From: an uncultured Methanobrevibacter sp.
Lineage (GTDB): Archaea > Methanobacteriota > Methanobacteria > Methanobacteriales > Methanobacteriaceae
Length of the DNA stretch: 64,000 nt
Assembly (NCBI GenBank): GCA_947628455.1
Contig: CANQZY010000001.1
Location: forward strand, 20,613 to 84,612
Reading direction: 5' to 3'
Part shown: positions 45,158 through 55,686 of the stretch, piece by piece
Layout of the letters: every line of letters starts with the position of its first letter
How positions within the stretch are numbered: the stretch's first letter is position 1
Made by a program: the position numbers and the translations under genes
Notes under the pieces: model-generated
What the model saw: the letters and a program-made list of their open reading frames with translations, nothing else
What the model was told of the DNA's origin: nothing
Databases searched by the model: none

Positions 45158-48100
45158 TTAATCTCACTTTCAATAAGTTTTATAACTCTTTCAGTTGATT
45201 TTCCATCACAAGATGACATGAATTTATTTTTAAATTTTTCTAACTTTTCTTTATCTAATTTATATTCTTTATTAGTAATAGTTTTTATGAAATCTGAAGG
45301 ATTTTTAATAATATTTCCATAAAGTTCTGTATTAAAATCTAAATAAAATCCTCTCAAATCCATATATTGATCAAAATCAGGACAATAATGAATAACCGGT
45401 TTATTTAAAAGTGAATATTCAAAAATTGTTGATGAATAATCTGTTATCATTACTTTTGATGCAAACATTAAAGAAAACAAGGATTCATCTTCAATATATA
45501 TTATATTATCATACTTATTGTCAATAAAGAAATTTTCAATCATTAAAGGATGTCTTTTAATTACAAACACTTCATTATCATCTAAATTCTTAGATAACTT
45601 ATCCCAATCAATGCCTGAATTAAATATATAATTATCTCTAAAAGTAGGAGTATAAAGTAAAACTTCTTTATTTTTTAAAATAGGATAATCTTTATATAAT
45701 TTAGCTAATTGTTCTTGTTTAAATTTTTCATCAAAAATTAAATCTGTTCTTGGAACTCCTAGTGGTAAAACTTCACTTTCATCCATTCCATGAGCATTTG
45801 CATAAACAGGCACAACATCATTAGAGCTTACAATAAAATTAGAGTATTTACTAAACTCTTTATCCATAAGATTAAGTGTATCAAATGAATAATGTGGTGA
45901 ATCATAAGCCATTTTTTTAAACATGCCACATGCATGCCAGATATTAATAACTTTTTGATCTTCATCTAAGTTCAAATCAGCTAAAAGAGAAAAACCATTA
46001 TCAATAATAATAATTTTACTTTTACAAACTTTTTTAAGTAAATCTAGTTTTTCTCCAAGTGCAACAGATTTTTTTGTAAAAATAAATTTATTAAAGGAAT
46101 CATCTAGTTTATCATATAAAATTTGGCTATTCTCATTAAGATTACCCTCTACAACATTATCCCAAGGACTATAAAATAAAATATTATTATTTTTTGAGGG
46201 AAATAGCTTTTTGGTTAATTGAAAAACTTTTGGATTAACTAAAAAAGTATATAATTTATATTTTAACCTATCCTTTAATGTTAATTTAGTTTTTCTTTTT
46301 TCAGCTTTACCAAATAATATATAATGTACAAGAGGATTAGTTCTGCTTTTTTTAACATCAGGATTGGCTTTTAAATAATCTTTACTATTAAAATTAGGGC
46401 CTGGATTTCTTCCTATAAATCCTCCTTTATGTAAATAATGTCCTGCAGTATCCCATGGACTTTCTTCAATATTATTATGATTTAAATACCATTTTTCATC
46501 AAAATACTTTGAATTTAAAACAAGCTCATGATAATATGCTTCTCCAATACTATTTTCAAAATCAGGATTAGAAATAATATTATTAAATTCTGAAGAAGAT
46601 TCTTTATAAATATCAGATAAAATATCTTTTATTTGAATAATTACATCTTCATTAGATAAAGGGTATACATTTAAAACATAATTCTCTTTTATTTTTTCAA
46701 AATATTCTTCATTAGTTAAAATAATATCATATTTATAAAGATTTTTACTTTTAAACCATCTATCTATATTTTTTTTAATAATAGCTACTTTAACTTGATG
46801 TCTATTATTTACAATAGCTTCATCAGGATTAAAATTATAAATATCTGAAATTAAAATATCTGTATCATTTTTGATTTGAATTTCATCTAAATTTGTATAT
46901 TTTATAAAATTATAATCAATATCATCTGTTGGATTAATCGAATCATTTAAAGATACATATGAAACTTTTAAAGGATTATCACTGAAAACTTTATTATTTT
47001 TAATTTTATCTATAAATAATTTTTCACCAATCCATTTATTCCATTTTCTATATAGATGAAATCTATTTTTTATATCATTTGGACTTAAATCAAAAGCTTC
47101 TTCACGAGTTGCTTGATAATAATGATATAGTTGGGCATTTGGATTATAAATTACTTTATATCCTTCTTCAATAGCTTTAAAACATAAATCTATATCCTCA
47201 TAATTATAGAAAAATCTATTATCTAAGCCACCTAATTTTTCATATAAATTTTTTTTAATTAAAAGAGAAGCGCCAAGAACACTTCCTATTTCTCTTTGAA
47301 AATCTTTTTTAAAAACATCTCCTTCTTTTATATTGTATGGGACTATATAGCCATCATCCGGTTGATAAAATCCATTTAATTCCATGAATTTAATTCCTTC
47401 ATTTTGAGTTTTAAGTGATGTAGGATCATCTTTTCTAAATGGGAAAATTAGTTTGGCCCCTACAATTCCTATATCTGGTGATTCTAAATAAGATTTCATC
47501 ATGTGATTAAGCCAACCATAAATAGGCTCTACATCATTATTTAAAAGAACAATATATTCACCTTTAGCTATTTTAACACCTTTATTATTAGCTTTAGAAA
47601 AAGATTCATTTGTTTTATTTTTAATAATCTTAATAGGTAAATCTAAAGATTTTAAATAGCTAACTGATTCATCTGAAGAATTATTATCAACCACAATAAT
47701 CTCATAATTAGGATAGCATATAGTTTCTTTAAAATTATTAAATAATGTTTTAAGATAATCTATACCGTCTTTATTTAAAATAATTATTGATACTAATGGT
47801 GCATTTTCATTAAAATCATATAATTCTCTATTTCTTGCATTTTTATCAATTTTAGATATTATTTTATCTGCTTCTTTTTTGGATAATGGTTTAGGAAGAT
47901 ATCCTTTTTCCTTACCAATTTCTAGATAGTGAACAACTGGATTCAAAACATGTGTTTTTGATTCGGGATAATTTTTAAAATACCATGCTGTATTAAACTT
48001 ATTTGAAGGATTATACTTTTTTTTAGCCCCAATATAAATAAAATGAGTTAATGGGTCTCCTTTAACTTCAGGATAGTTATTTAAGTAATATTCTTCATCG

Positions 48101-48882
48101 AAAAATCCTGAATTTTTAATTATATCGTAAGCTTCTTTATTTTTAATATTTTGTGTAAATGAAATTTCTCTACCTGTATCATCTAATATATAATCATAAA
48201 AAGGATTTCCATTAAAATTATATGTATTATTGTAATAATTTGTGTCAAAATATTTTGTTGGTCTAAAATTAAATTTTGATCCTATAAACATATAATGTAA
48301 AATTAGATCATTTTTAAAATTGTCAACTTCAGGGTATTTATTTCTATAAAAATCATAATCAAAAAGTTCGGAGTTTTTTATTGTTTCATATTCTTTTTTA
48401 TTTTGTTTAAATTTATTATAATTTAATTTAGATACTGCTAATAAATATCTATCAACAGTTGAAAGTTTATTTAGAAATTTATGTTTTATTCCTGCTATTT
48501 TTTTATTAAATTGGTTTGGAACAGGATAACAATCTCTTCTTTCTTTTTTACCCCATTTTAAATAATGAATCAATGGATTAATATTAGACTCTTTTACATC
48601 TTCATTATTTTCAATATACCTATTGTTATCAAAATTAGAATTAGGATTATAACCTTGTAGATAACCTGCTTTTATATAATGTAAAACTGGATCATCACCT
48701 AACTCTACAACATCATCATAATTACTTAAATAATATTTAGAAGAAAAAAACTTAGAATTTTTCACAAGATTATAATCTTCTAGTGAGACTGTTTCAAAAA
48801 GTTCATCATGAGGTGATCGTTTACCTTTTAAATTTGTATTTTTATAAAGTAGATTAGATTTTTCTGACATGATAAATTCCAT
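45154..48882 (-). CDS. Multidomain GT2 + CDP-polyol phosphotransferase (TarL/TagF family) with four repeat modules
   Basis: Three double modules, GT2 (LNNDVEP, YEDIDLCF), a fourth module, then IWHACGMFKK, GVPRTD, LYTPTFRD, KRHP, ITDYSS. Confidence 0.88.
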   Translation of the reverse strand: MEFIMSEKSNLLYKNTNLKGKRSPHDELFETVSLEDYNLVKNSKFFSSKYYLSNYDDVVELGDDPVLHYIKAGYLQGYNPNSNFDNNRYIENNEDVKESNINPLIHYLKWGKKERRDCYPVPNQFNKKIAGIKHKFLNKLSTVDRYLLAVSKLNYNKFKQNKKEYETIKNSELFDYDFYRNKYPEVDNFKNDLILHYMFIGSKFNFRPTKYFDTNYYNNTYNFNGNPFYDYILDDTGREISFTQNIKNKEAYDIIKNSGFFDEEYYLNNYPEVKGDPLTHFIYIGAKKKYNPSNKFNTAWYFKNYPESKTHVLNPVVHYLEIGKEKGYLPKPLSKKEADKIISKIDKNARNRELYDFNENAPLVSIIILNKDGIDYLKTLFNNFKETICYPNYEIIVVDNNSSDESVSYLKSLDLPIKIIKNKTNESFSKANNKGVKIAKGEYIVLLNNDVEPIYGWLNHMMKSYLESPDIGIVGAKLIFPFRKDDPTSLKTQNEGIKFMELNGFYQPDDGYIVPYNIKEGDVFKKDFQREIGSVLGASLLIKKNLYEKLGGLDNRFFYNYEDIDLCFKAIEEGYKVIYNPNAQLYHYYQATREEAFDLSPNDIKNRFHLYRKWNKWIGEKLFIDKIKNNKVFSDNPLKVSYVSLNDSINPTDDIDYNFIKYTNLDEIQIKNDTDILISDIYNFNPDEAIVNNRHQVKVAIIKKNIDRWFKSKNLYKYDIILTNEEYFEKIKENYVLNVYPLSNEDVIIQIKDILSDIYKESSSEFNNIISNPDFENSIGEAYYHELVLNSKYFDEKWYLNHNNIEESPWDTAGHYLHKGGFIGRNPGPNFNSKDYLKANPDVKKSRTNPLVHYILFGKAEKRKTKLTLKDRLKYKLYTFLVNPKVFQLTKKLFPSKNNNILFYSPWDNVVEGNLNENSQILYDKLDDSFNKFIFTKKSVALGEKLDLLKKVCKSKIIIIDNGFSLLADLNLDEDQKVINIWHACGMFKKMAYDSPHYSFDTLNLMDKEFSKYSNFIVSSNDVVPVYANAHGMDESEVLPLGVPRTDLIFDEKFKQEQLAKLYKDYPILKNKEVLLYTPTFRDNYIFNSGIDWDKLSKNLDDNEVFVIKRHPLMIENFFIDNKYDNIIYIEDESLFSLMFASKVMITDYSSTIFEYSLLNKPVIHYCPDFDQYMDLRGFYLDFNTELYGNIIKNPSDFIKTITNKEYKLDKEKLEKFKNKFMSSCDGKSTERVIKLIESEIK

Positions 48883-48929
48883 TATAAAATTATATATTTT
48901 TATATATTAGATATTGGATTTTAAAATAT

Positions 48930-49955
48930 TTATTTATTAAAATTTAAAATTGTTTTTCCAAAGTTAGAATTATTATCTTTCTCGAATGCTTTATTAATAT
49001 CCGTCAAATCATTAATTTTAAAACAATAGACAATTAAATTTTCTAAATAGCTTATAATTTTAGGATTTTGTTCTATTAATTTTATAGTATCTTCGAAATC
49101 TTTTTTTCCACTCCTACTACTTCCAAATAGTATTAAACCTTTCTCTAAAACCATTCTAGTATTAATAGATATATTATGTTCTGATACTCCTAAAAGAGAT
49201 ACTGTTCCTTGTGGATTAATAATATCTATTATTTGATTAATTGCTTCTTCTGAATTATTTCCACCTACACATTCAAATGCATGATCAATTACAACATTTT
49301 CTGAAATAGCATCTACTTTATATTTTTCATCTGCAAAAGAGAAATATGATAATTTTTCAAGAGTAGTTCCAAAAATTATTATTTTAGAATTAGGAAAAAT
49401 AATTTTTAAAAGCAATGCTGTAATATAACCTACATTTCCATTTCCCCATACTCCTATTCTATCTCTCCTATTATGTGATAATTCTTTAAATCTATTTATT
49501 GCATGATAACAAACCGAAATTAATTCTACAAATGAAGCAACTTGTAAATTAATATTTTCGGGCAATTTGACTAATCTATCCGGGTTTAAATAGACGTAAT
49601 CACTTAAAAATCCATCTGAACCACTAGATCTAAAATTAGAACTTCTTAAATAATTTTCAGCTATAATCTCATCTTCTTCTAAGGGAGTATTAGGTATCAT
49701 TACTACTTTATCATTTGTTTTAAAAGTTTGAGTTGGATCAAAAATAACTTCACCCACACCTTCATGAATTAATGCCATTGGTAATTTTTGATTTAATACT
49801 TCTGCAGATCTTTTTCCCTGATAATATCTTTGATCTGCTTTACATATAGATAAATAAGTTGGCCTTACAACCACTTGATTTTTAAGATCTTCAACTTCAA
49901 CAAAAAACTCTTCAAATACTTTAGACGAAGTTAATCTATATACAATATTTAACAA
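48930..49955 (-). CDS. tarJ: Ribitol-5-phosphate dehydrogenase (ribulose-5-phosphate reductase)
   Basis: RPTYLSICKADQRYYQG, LPMALIHE, DHAFECVGG, GSSRSG. Likely start TTG 49955 after GGTGA; the track gives 49967. Confidence 0.9.
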   Translation of the reverse strand: MLNIVYRLTSSKVFEEFFVEVEDLKNQVVVRPTYLSICKADQRYYQGKRSAEVLNQKLPMALIHEGVGEVIFDPTQTFKTNDKVVMIPNTPLEEDEIIAENYLRSSNFRSSGSDGFLSDYVYLNPDRLVKLPENINLQVASFVELISVCYHAINRFKELSHNRRDRIGVWGNGNVGYITALLLKIIFPNSKIIIFGTTLEKLSYFSFADEKYKVDAISENVVIDHAFECVGGNNSEEAINQIIDIINPQGTVSLLGVSEHNISINTRMVLEKGLILFGSSRSGKKDFEDTIKLIEQNPKIISYLENLIVYCFKINDLTDINKAFEKDNNSNFGKTILNFNK

Positions 49956-49969
49956 TTTAATCACCAATT

Positions 49970-50665
49970 TTATTTAGAAATAATTGAATTGGCTAATCTA
50001 AGATCATAAGGATGAGTTATTTTTAAATTTAAAAATTCTCCATTAACTAAATAAACCGCTTCCCCTTTTAATATAAAAATTTTAGCAGCATCAGTTAAAC
50101 TTTCTTTTTCTTTATCAGTTAACTGATTTAAAAGTTTATTAAGTTTATTTAAATTAAATGATTGAGGAGTTTGACCTTGATACATTTGATTCCTATCTGG
50201 AATTTCTGAAATTACTTCACCATCAATACTTCTAACAATAGTATCAGTAGATGGAATTACTGTATCACAAGCCCCATACTTTTTCGCATATTTGATATTA
50301 TCTTCAATAATCCTATGAGTAACAAATGGTCTAACCGCATCATGAGTAACTATAATGTTATCGTTATCTTCAAAATTTTCTAAAATATACTTGATACCAT
50401 TATTTAATGTATCAAGTCTAGATTTACCTCCCTCAATAACAATAATATTTTTTTGAGGAATATATTGTCTAATTAAATCTTTTGAATAATTTATCCATTC
50501 TTTAGGTGTTAGAACAATAATTTTATCAAATTTAGAATTTAAAGCAAATTTTTCAATAGTATGAATTAAAATTGGTTTTTTTCCTAATAATAAAAATTGT
50601 TTTGGTTTTTCAGTCTCTCCCATTCTTGTTCCAGTTCCACCAGCTAATATTGTTGCAAAAATCAA
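49970..50665 (-). CDS. tarI: Ribitol-5-phosphate cytidylyltransferase (IspD family)
   Basis: LAGGTGTRMG, KPKQFL, THDAVRPF, QGQTPQSF, NLKIT; immediately upstream of tarJ. Confidence 0.88.
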   Translation of the reverse strand: MIFATILAGGTGTRMGETEKPKQFLLLGKKPILIHTIEKFALNSKFDKIIVLTPKEWINYSKDLIRQYIPQKNIIVIEGGKSRLDTLNNGIKYILENFEDNDNIIVTHDAVRPFVTHRIIEDNIKYAKKYGACDTVIPSTDTIVRSIDGEVISEIPDRNQMYQGQTPQSFNLNKLNKLLNQLTDKEKESLTDAAKIFILKGEAVYLVNGEFLNLKITHPYDLRLANSIISK

Positions 50666-50686
50666 TTTACCACCTAATTTAATTTT

Positions 50687-52000
50687 TCAACTCATTATAT
50701 TTTCATAATTTTTAATAATATTATTTTTATCAATAAACAAATTATTTAATTCCTTTTTATTTAAAATATGAAGTTCAAATTCTAATGTAAGTGTCTTAAG
50801 ATTTTTAAAGTCTAAATCTAAAACATACCATGGATCTAAAGTTGTGAAAATATTAAAATAATCTTCAATATTATTATCACAATTAGAGTTTTTAATATCA
50901 AAATTAGAGTTAAATAAATGAACTTTAACAAATTCATTTCCAATTGGATCAAAACGTATAGATTTAATATTTTTAAATGAATCCAAATTAAAAGTTATAA
51001 TATTTCTTTTACTCGGAGAATAATTAACTTCAACTGTTTCAATTTCATTAAAACCTTTTCCACTATCAATATATAATTTTGCAACTGCATTTTTAGATGA
51101 ATTTAATTTTTTATCTTTATAATAAGGAATAAAAAATCTAGTATCTAATTTCTGAAGTAATTGAATATCTTCATTTTCAAAAGTTAAATCTTTAATAACT
51201 ATTTTTAAATTGTTAATTATTTGATTTTCTTCATTTTCGAACCAATTATAATAATAAAACCAAAATAAAATATCTTCAACAAATTTTTCAATTAATGGTT
51301 TGGATTCTTTATAATTAGATAATTTTTCTATTGATTTAATTAAATCTAAAGTATTTTTTAAAGAAATATTATTTGTTATTGAATCTTGATTATTTTTACG
51401 ATAATAATAAAGACCATCCTTCATTAAAGAAATTCTTGATGATTTTAAAAGTGTTTTAACAGAAACATCATTATCATCATACGATAAATTTGAAAAATTA
51501 AGATATTTATATAACTTTTTATGATAAACACGATTCCATACAGCTGTAGAAAATATTAAGTCTTCTTTTTGAGATAAATCTGTAATAACTTCATTTTTAA
51601 CAATATTAGGTTGATGAATTGATTTTTCACTTGATTGATAAAATTGCCAATTATAAATTAACATGTCAGAATTATCCTTTTTCATTAATTTTAAAGCTTT
51701 TTCAAATGTATCTGGAGCTATGAAATCATCACTATCTACAAATGTTAAATAATCCGATGTAACATTCTTAATTCCTATATTACGACTATATCCTGATCCT
51801 ATATTTTTTTTATTATTAATAACTTTTATATTATCATATTTCTCAAGTATATCTAATGTAGAATCTGTTGAATGATCATTGACTACAATAATTTCAATAT
51901 TTTCAATTCCTAATGTTTGATTTATAATCGAATCTATACATTGTCGAATATATTTTTCTGAATTATATGTTGGAATTATTGTACTTATTTTGAAATTCAA
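50687..52000 (-). CDS. GT2 glycosyltransferase with C-terminal predicted beta-sandwich domain
   Basis: IIPTYNS, FVDSDD; C-terminal LYIDSGKGFNE...IRFDP...FTTLDP. Confidence 0.82.
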   Translation of the reverse strand: MNFKISTIIPTYNSEKYIRQCIDSIINQTLGIENIEIIVVNDHSTDSTLDILEKYDNIKVINNKKNIGSGYSRNIGIKNVTSDYLTFVDSDDFIAPDTFEKALKLMKKDNSDMLIYNWQFYQSSEKSIHQPNIVKNEVITDLSQKEDLIFSTAVWNRVYHKKLYKYLNFSNLSYDDNDVSVKTLLKSSRISLMKDGLYYYRKNNQDSITNNISLKNTLDLIKSIEKLSNYKESKPLIEKFVEDILFWFYYYNWFENEENQIINNLKIVIKDLTFENEDIQLLQKLDTRFFIPYYKDKKLNSSKNAVAKLYIDSGKGFNEIETVEVNYSPSKRNIITFNLDSFKNIKSIRFDPIGNEFVKVHLFNSNFDIKNSNCDNNIEDYFNIFTTLDPWYVLDLDFKNLKTLTLEFELHILNKKELNNLFIDKNNIIKNYENIMS

Positions 52001-53082
52001 GATTTCACCAGATTCTTAAATTTTTCCTTAAAAGATTTTTTCTTAATTTTATTTTGTTTTTCTACATTATATAATCCTTTATAATGATTTGCAAGAAATT
52101 TATATTTCAACATTTTAAATCTTAAATCAAACTCTATTCCATTATTAGATGGCTCAATAGATTCAAAAAATGCTCTATCTTCATAATGCCAATTTTGAGT
52201 ATTAGATTTAAACAATTGGAAATATTCATAATCATTCTTCATTAATTTTATAAATTCATCTTTATAATCATCACCTAATCGAAGATAAACAAATTTTAAA
52301 TTAACAATAATAAAAAGTAACCATTCTTGAAATTTTTTTTTAATAATGTCATCTTCAATTGATTGTTTTATTAATTTAAGTATTTTAAGAATATCAAATG
52401 ATTTTTCTCCGCCTGTAGTGCATATTGAATCATTTCTAATACGATAAATATAAAAAGGCTTTCTAAGAATAGATACACGCTTAGCTTTGGGAAATATATT
52501 ATAGAAGAATAATGTATCCTCATAATTTAGACCTTCATGAAATAAAATTCCCATATTTTTAATAAATTCTGTTTTATATAATTTATTGACGGTATTGTGG
52601 GGAATTTTAAATAAAGCATCCATAATATTTGTATAATCAAATACTTCATTATCAAATGATTTAGGGATATTTTCTAAATTAGTATATTCTGTTTTCTCAA
52701 ATTTCCCATTATTCTCATGATAAAAAACCATAGTATGCATTAAAATATCCAAATCTAGTTTATTAGATTTATTGTATAATTCTTCTAATGTATTTTTTTC
52801 AATCCAATCATCAGAATCTAAAAAGTAAATATATTCTCCTTTAACTGTTTTTATACCTGTATTACGAGAACCACTTAATCCTTTATTTTTTTGAGTTATT
52901 ATTTCTATTCTAGAATCTTTTTTTTGATAATCTTTTAATATTTTCAATGAAGAATCTGTAGATCCATCATTAACACATATAATTTGAATATCTTTTAATG
53001 ATTGAGATATTACACTATTTAAACAATCTGCTAAATATTGTTCAACATTATAAACAGGTATTATTACTGAAACTTTAAACAT
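51997..53082 (-). CDS. GT2 glycosyltransferase
   Basis: SVIIPVYNVE, NDGSTD, GLSGSRN, FLDSDD, YED. Confidence 0.88.
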   Translation of the reverse strand: MFKVSVIIPVYNVEQYLADCLNSVISQSLKDIQIICVNDGSTDSSLKILKDYQKKDSRIEIITQKNKGLSGSRNTGIKTVKGEYIYFLDSDDWIEKNTLEELYNKSNKLDLDILMHTMVFYHENNGKFEKTEYTNLENIPKSFDNEVFDYTNIMDALFKIPHNTVNKLYKTEFIKNMGILFHEGLNYEDTLFFYNIFPKAKRVSILRKPFYIYRIRNDSICTTGGEKSFDILKILKLIKQSIEDDIIKKKFQEWLLFIIVNLKFVYLRLGDDYKDEFIKLMKNDYEYFQLFKSNTQNWHYEDRAFFESIEPSNNGIEFDLRFKMLKYKFLANHYKGLYNVEKQNKIKKKSFKEKFKNLVKS

Positions 53083-53164
53083 TATTTTTTTTACTCCAGA
53101 TACATTTTACAATTATATTTTTAATATCAATCACATACACTGTTTACAAGCCCTGATATATTCT

Positions 53165-54127
53165 CTACATTTTACCAGATTTGCTCATCCATTTGTTTAA
53201 ATACCAATCTATTGTTTCTTTAATTCCTGTTTCAAAACTATACTTTGGTTTCCATCCAAGTTTTTTTTGAATTTTTGAAGAATCAATTGCATATCGTTTA
53301 TCGTGACCTAACCTATCATTGACAAATGTTATTAATGATTCTGGTTTTTTTAACTGTTTAAGAATTAATTTAACAATTTCGATGTTCTGCTTTTCATTAT
53401 TTCCACCAATATTGTATATTTCCCCTATTTTGCCTTTATGTAAAACTAGATCAATGGCTGTACAATGATCATAAACATATAACCAGTCTCGGATATTTTT
53501 TCCATCTCCATAAATTGGAAGAGGTTTGTCTTTAAGTGCATTATATATCATTAAAGGTATTAATTTTTCAGGAAATTGATATGGGCCATAATTATTAGAA
53601 CATCGAGTTATATTTATAGGTAGATTAAATGTTTCATGATATGCTCTTACTACTAAATCAGCACTAGCTTTTGATGCGGAATATGGGCTGTTTGGAGCAA
53701 GTGGTGTTGTTTCTGTAAAATATCCAGTAGAACCTAAAGTTCCATAAACTTCATCAGTTGAAATCTGAATATATTTTTCTACATTGAATTGATTCGCTGC
53801 ATCTAAAAGAACCTGTGTTCCAAGTACATTACTTTTAATAAAAATTTCAGGATCTTGAATACTTCTATCAACATGACTTTCAGCAGCAAAGTTAATTACA
53901 TAATTACAATCCTTAACAATTTCATTAACTAAGTCTTTATCTCGTATGTTTCCTTTAATAAATGAATAATTTTTATTAGATTCAATATCTTTTAGGTTTT
54001 CCAGATTACCACAATATGTTAAAAGATCCAAATTAACAATTTCATAATCTGGATATTTATTAAGCATATATTTGATAAAATTAGTTCCAATAAATCCTGC
54101 TCCTCCTGTAACAAGTATCTTTACCAT
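53165..54127 (-). CDS. rfbB: dTDP-glucose 4,6-dehydratase
   Basis: TGGAGFIG, AAESHVDRS, STDEVYG, PYSASK, CSNNYGPYQFPEK. Confidence 0.96.
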   Translation of the reverse strand: MVKILVTGGAGFIGTNFIKYMLNKYPDYEIVNLDLLTYCGNLENLKDIESNKNYSFIKGNIRDKDLVNEIVKDCNYVINFAAESHVDRSIQDPEIFIKSNVLGTQVLLDAANQFNVEKYIQISTDEVYGTLGSTGYFTETTPLAPNSPYSASKASADLVVRAYHETFNLPINITRCSNNYGPYQFPEKLIPLMIYNALKDKPLPIYGDGKNIRDWLYVYDHCTAIDLVLHKGKIGEIYNIGGNNEKQNIEIVKLILKQLKKPESLITFVNDRLGHDKRYAIDSSKIQKKLGWKPKYSFETGIKETIDWYLNKWMSKSGKM

Positions 54128-54135
54128 TAAATCAC

Positions 54136-54693
54136 CTAATATCTAATATTTGTTTCTTCTAAACTTTTCCAAAGTTTATCTTTATCTGATAATATTATTT
54201 CATCTACCTTTTCTAAAGGCCATTTAATATCTATTTCAGGATCATTCCAAATTATTCCTCCTTCATCTTCACCATGATAAAATTCAGTACATTTATAAAC
54301 AAATTCTGCTACATCAGATAATACTAAAAATCCATGTGCGAATCCTTCTGGAATAAATAATTGTTTTTTATTTTCTTCTGATAGAATAACTCCAACCCAT
54401 TGACCATATGTTGGGGAATCTTTTCTTAAATCAACTCCAACATCAAAGACTTCTCCTTTAATTACTCGAACAAGTTTTCCTTGAGGATAGTTAATTTGAA
54501 AGTGAAGTCCTCTTAATACTCCTTTTGAAGATTTTGATTGATTATCTTGAACAAAAGTTAAATCATGCCCTGCTTCTTTAAAATCATTATAATTATAGGT
54601 TTCCATAAAATACCCTCTATTATCTTCAAAAATTGCAGGTTCTACAATAAACATTCCATTAATTTTAGTATCTAAAAATTTGAATTGTCCCAT
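54136..54693 (-). CDS. rfbC: dTDP-4-dehydrorhamnose 3,5-epimerase
   Basis: [21 protein letters not shown]. Confidence 0.96.
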   Translation of the reverse strand: MGQFKFLDTKINGMFIVEPAIFEDNRGYFMETYNYNDFKEAGHDLTFVQDNQSKSSKGVLRGLHFQINYPQGKLVRVIKGEVFDVGVDLRKDSPTYGQWVGVILSEENKKQLFIPEGFAHGFLVLSDVAEFVYKCTEFYHGEDEGGIIWNDPEIDIKWPLEKVDEIILSDKDKLWKSLEETNIRY

Positions 54694-55571
54694 TTTATCC
54701 CTTCTTTTTTATTAGCTAAATCAAATAGATATTGACCATAATCTGTTTTCTTAAGTTCTTTTGCCGTTTTAAGTAATTGCTTTTTAGAAATATAACCTTT
54801 ATTATAAGCTATTTCTTCAAGGCATGCAATATATAAAGATTGACGTTTTTGAACAGTTTCGATAAAGTTTGATGCTTCTAATAAACCATCATGAGTTCCT
54901 GTATCTAACCATGCCATTCCACGGCCTAATAACTCAACTTTAAGTTTTCCTCTTTTAAGATATTCTTCATTAATTGAAGTTATTTCAACTTCACCCCTAT
55001 CCGATGGTTTTACATTTTTAGCTATTTCAATTACATTATTATCATAAAAATATAGTCCTGGTACAATATAGTTAGATTTTGGATTTTCTGGTTTTTCTTC
55101 AATTGATAAAACTTTGCCTTCATCATCAAATTCAACAACTCCAAATGCATCAGGCTTATTTGTATAATAACCAAAAATGATTGCCCCATCATCTAATTTT
55201 GTTGATCTTTCTATTATTTCTGTAAATCTATGGCCATGAAAAATGTTATCTCCTAAAATAAGTGCAACACTATCATCTCCAATGAAATCTTCTCCAATAA
55301 TAAATGCTTCAGCTAAACCATTAGGATTTTCTTGGATTTCATAACTAAAATTTATTCCAAAAGAACTTCCATCGCCTAATAATTCTTCATACATCGGTAA
55401 ATCCCTAGGGGTTGATATAATTAGGATATCCCTAATACCAGCTAGCATTAATACTGAAATTGGATAATAAATCATTGGTTTATCATATAGAGGTATTAAT
55501 TGCTTTGATATTGCTTTTGTAATAGGATAAAGCCGAGTTCCAGACCCTCCAGCGAGTACTATTCCTTTCAT
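54672..55571 (-). CDS. rfbA: Glucose-1-phosphate thymidylyltransferase
   Basis: [35 protein letters not shown]. Confidence 0.96.
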   Translation of the reverse strand: MKGIVLAGGSGTRLYPITKAISKQLIPLYDKPMIYYPISVLMLAGIRDILIISTPRDLPMYEELLGDGSSFGINFSYEIQENPNGLAEAFIIGEDFIGDDSVALILGDNIFHGHRFTEIIERSTKLDDGAIIFGYYTNKPDAFGVVEFDDEGKVLSIEEKPENPKSNYIVPGLYFYDNNVIEIAKNVKPSDRGEVEITSINEEYLKRGKLKVELLGRGMAWLDTGTHDGLLEASNFIETVQKRQSLYIACLEEIAYNKGYISKKQLLKTAKELKKTDYGQYLFDLANKKEGIKWDNSNF

Positions 55572-55686
55572 AAAATTCCTTCATAACATTCTTTAAACTA
55601 TAACTTATGTTTTTTATGATTAATTAAATTTAAGATATCTAAAAAAAATAGAAAATAAAAAAAAATGATAAATTTTAATAAAAAAA

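Noticed and set aside
49970-50665. IspD (MEP pathway) annotation
   Set aside because: Archaea use the mevalonate pathway, and adjacency to tarJ points to TarI.
53083-53200. rfbB C-terminal truncation or pseudogene
   Set aside because: All catalytic motifs are intact and only the variable tail looks slightly short.
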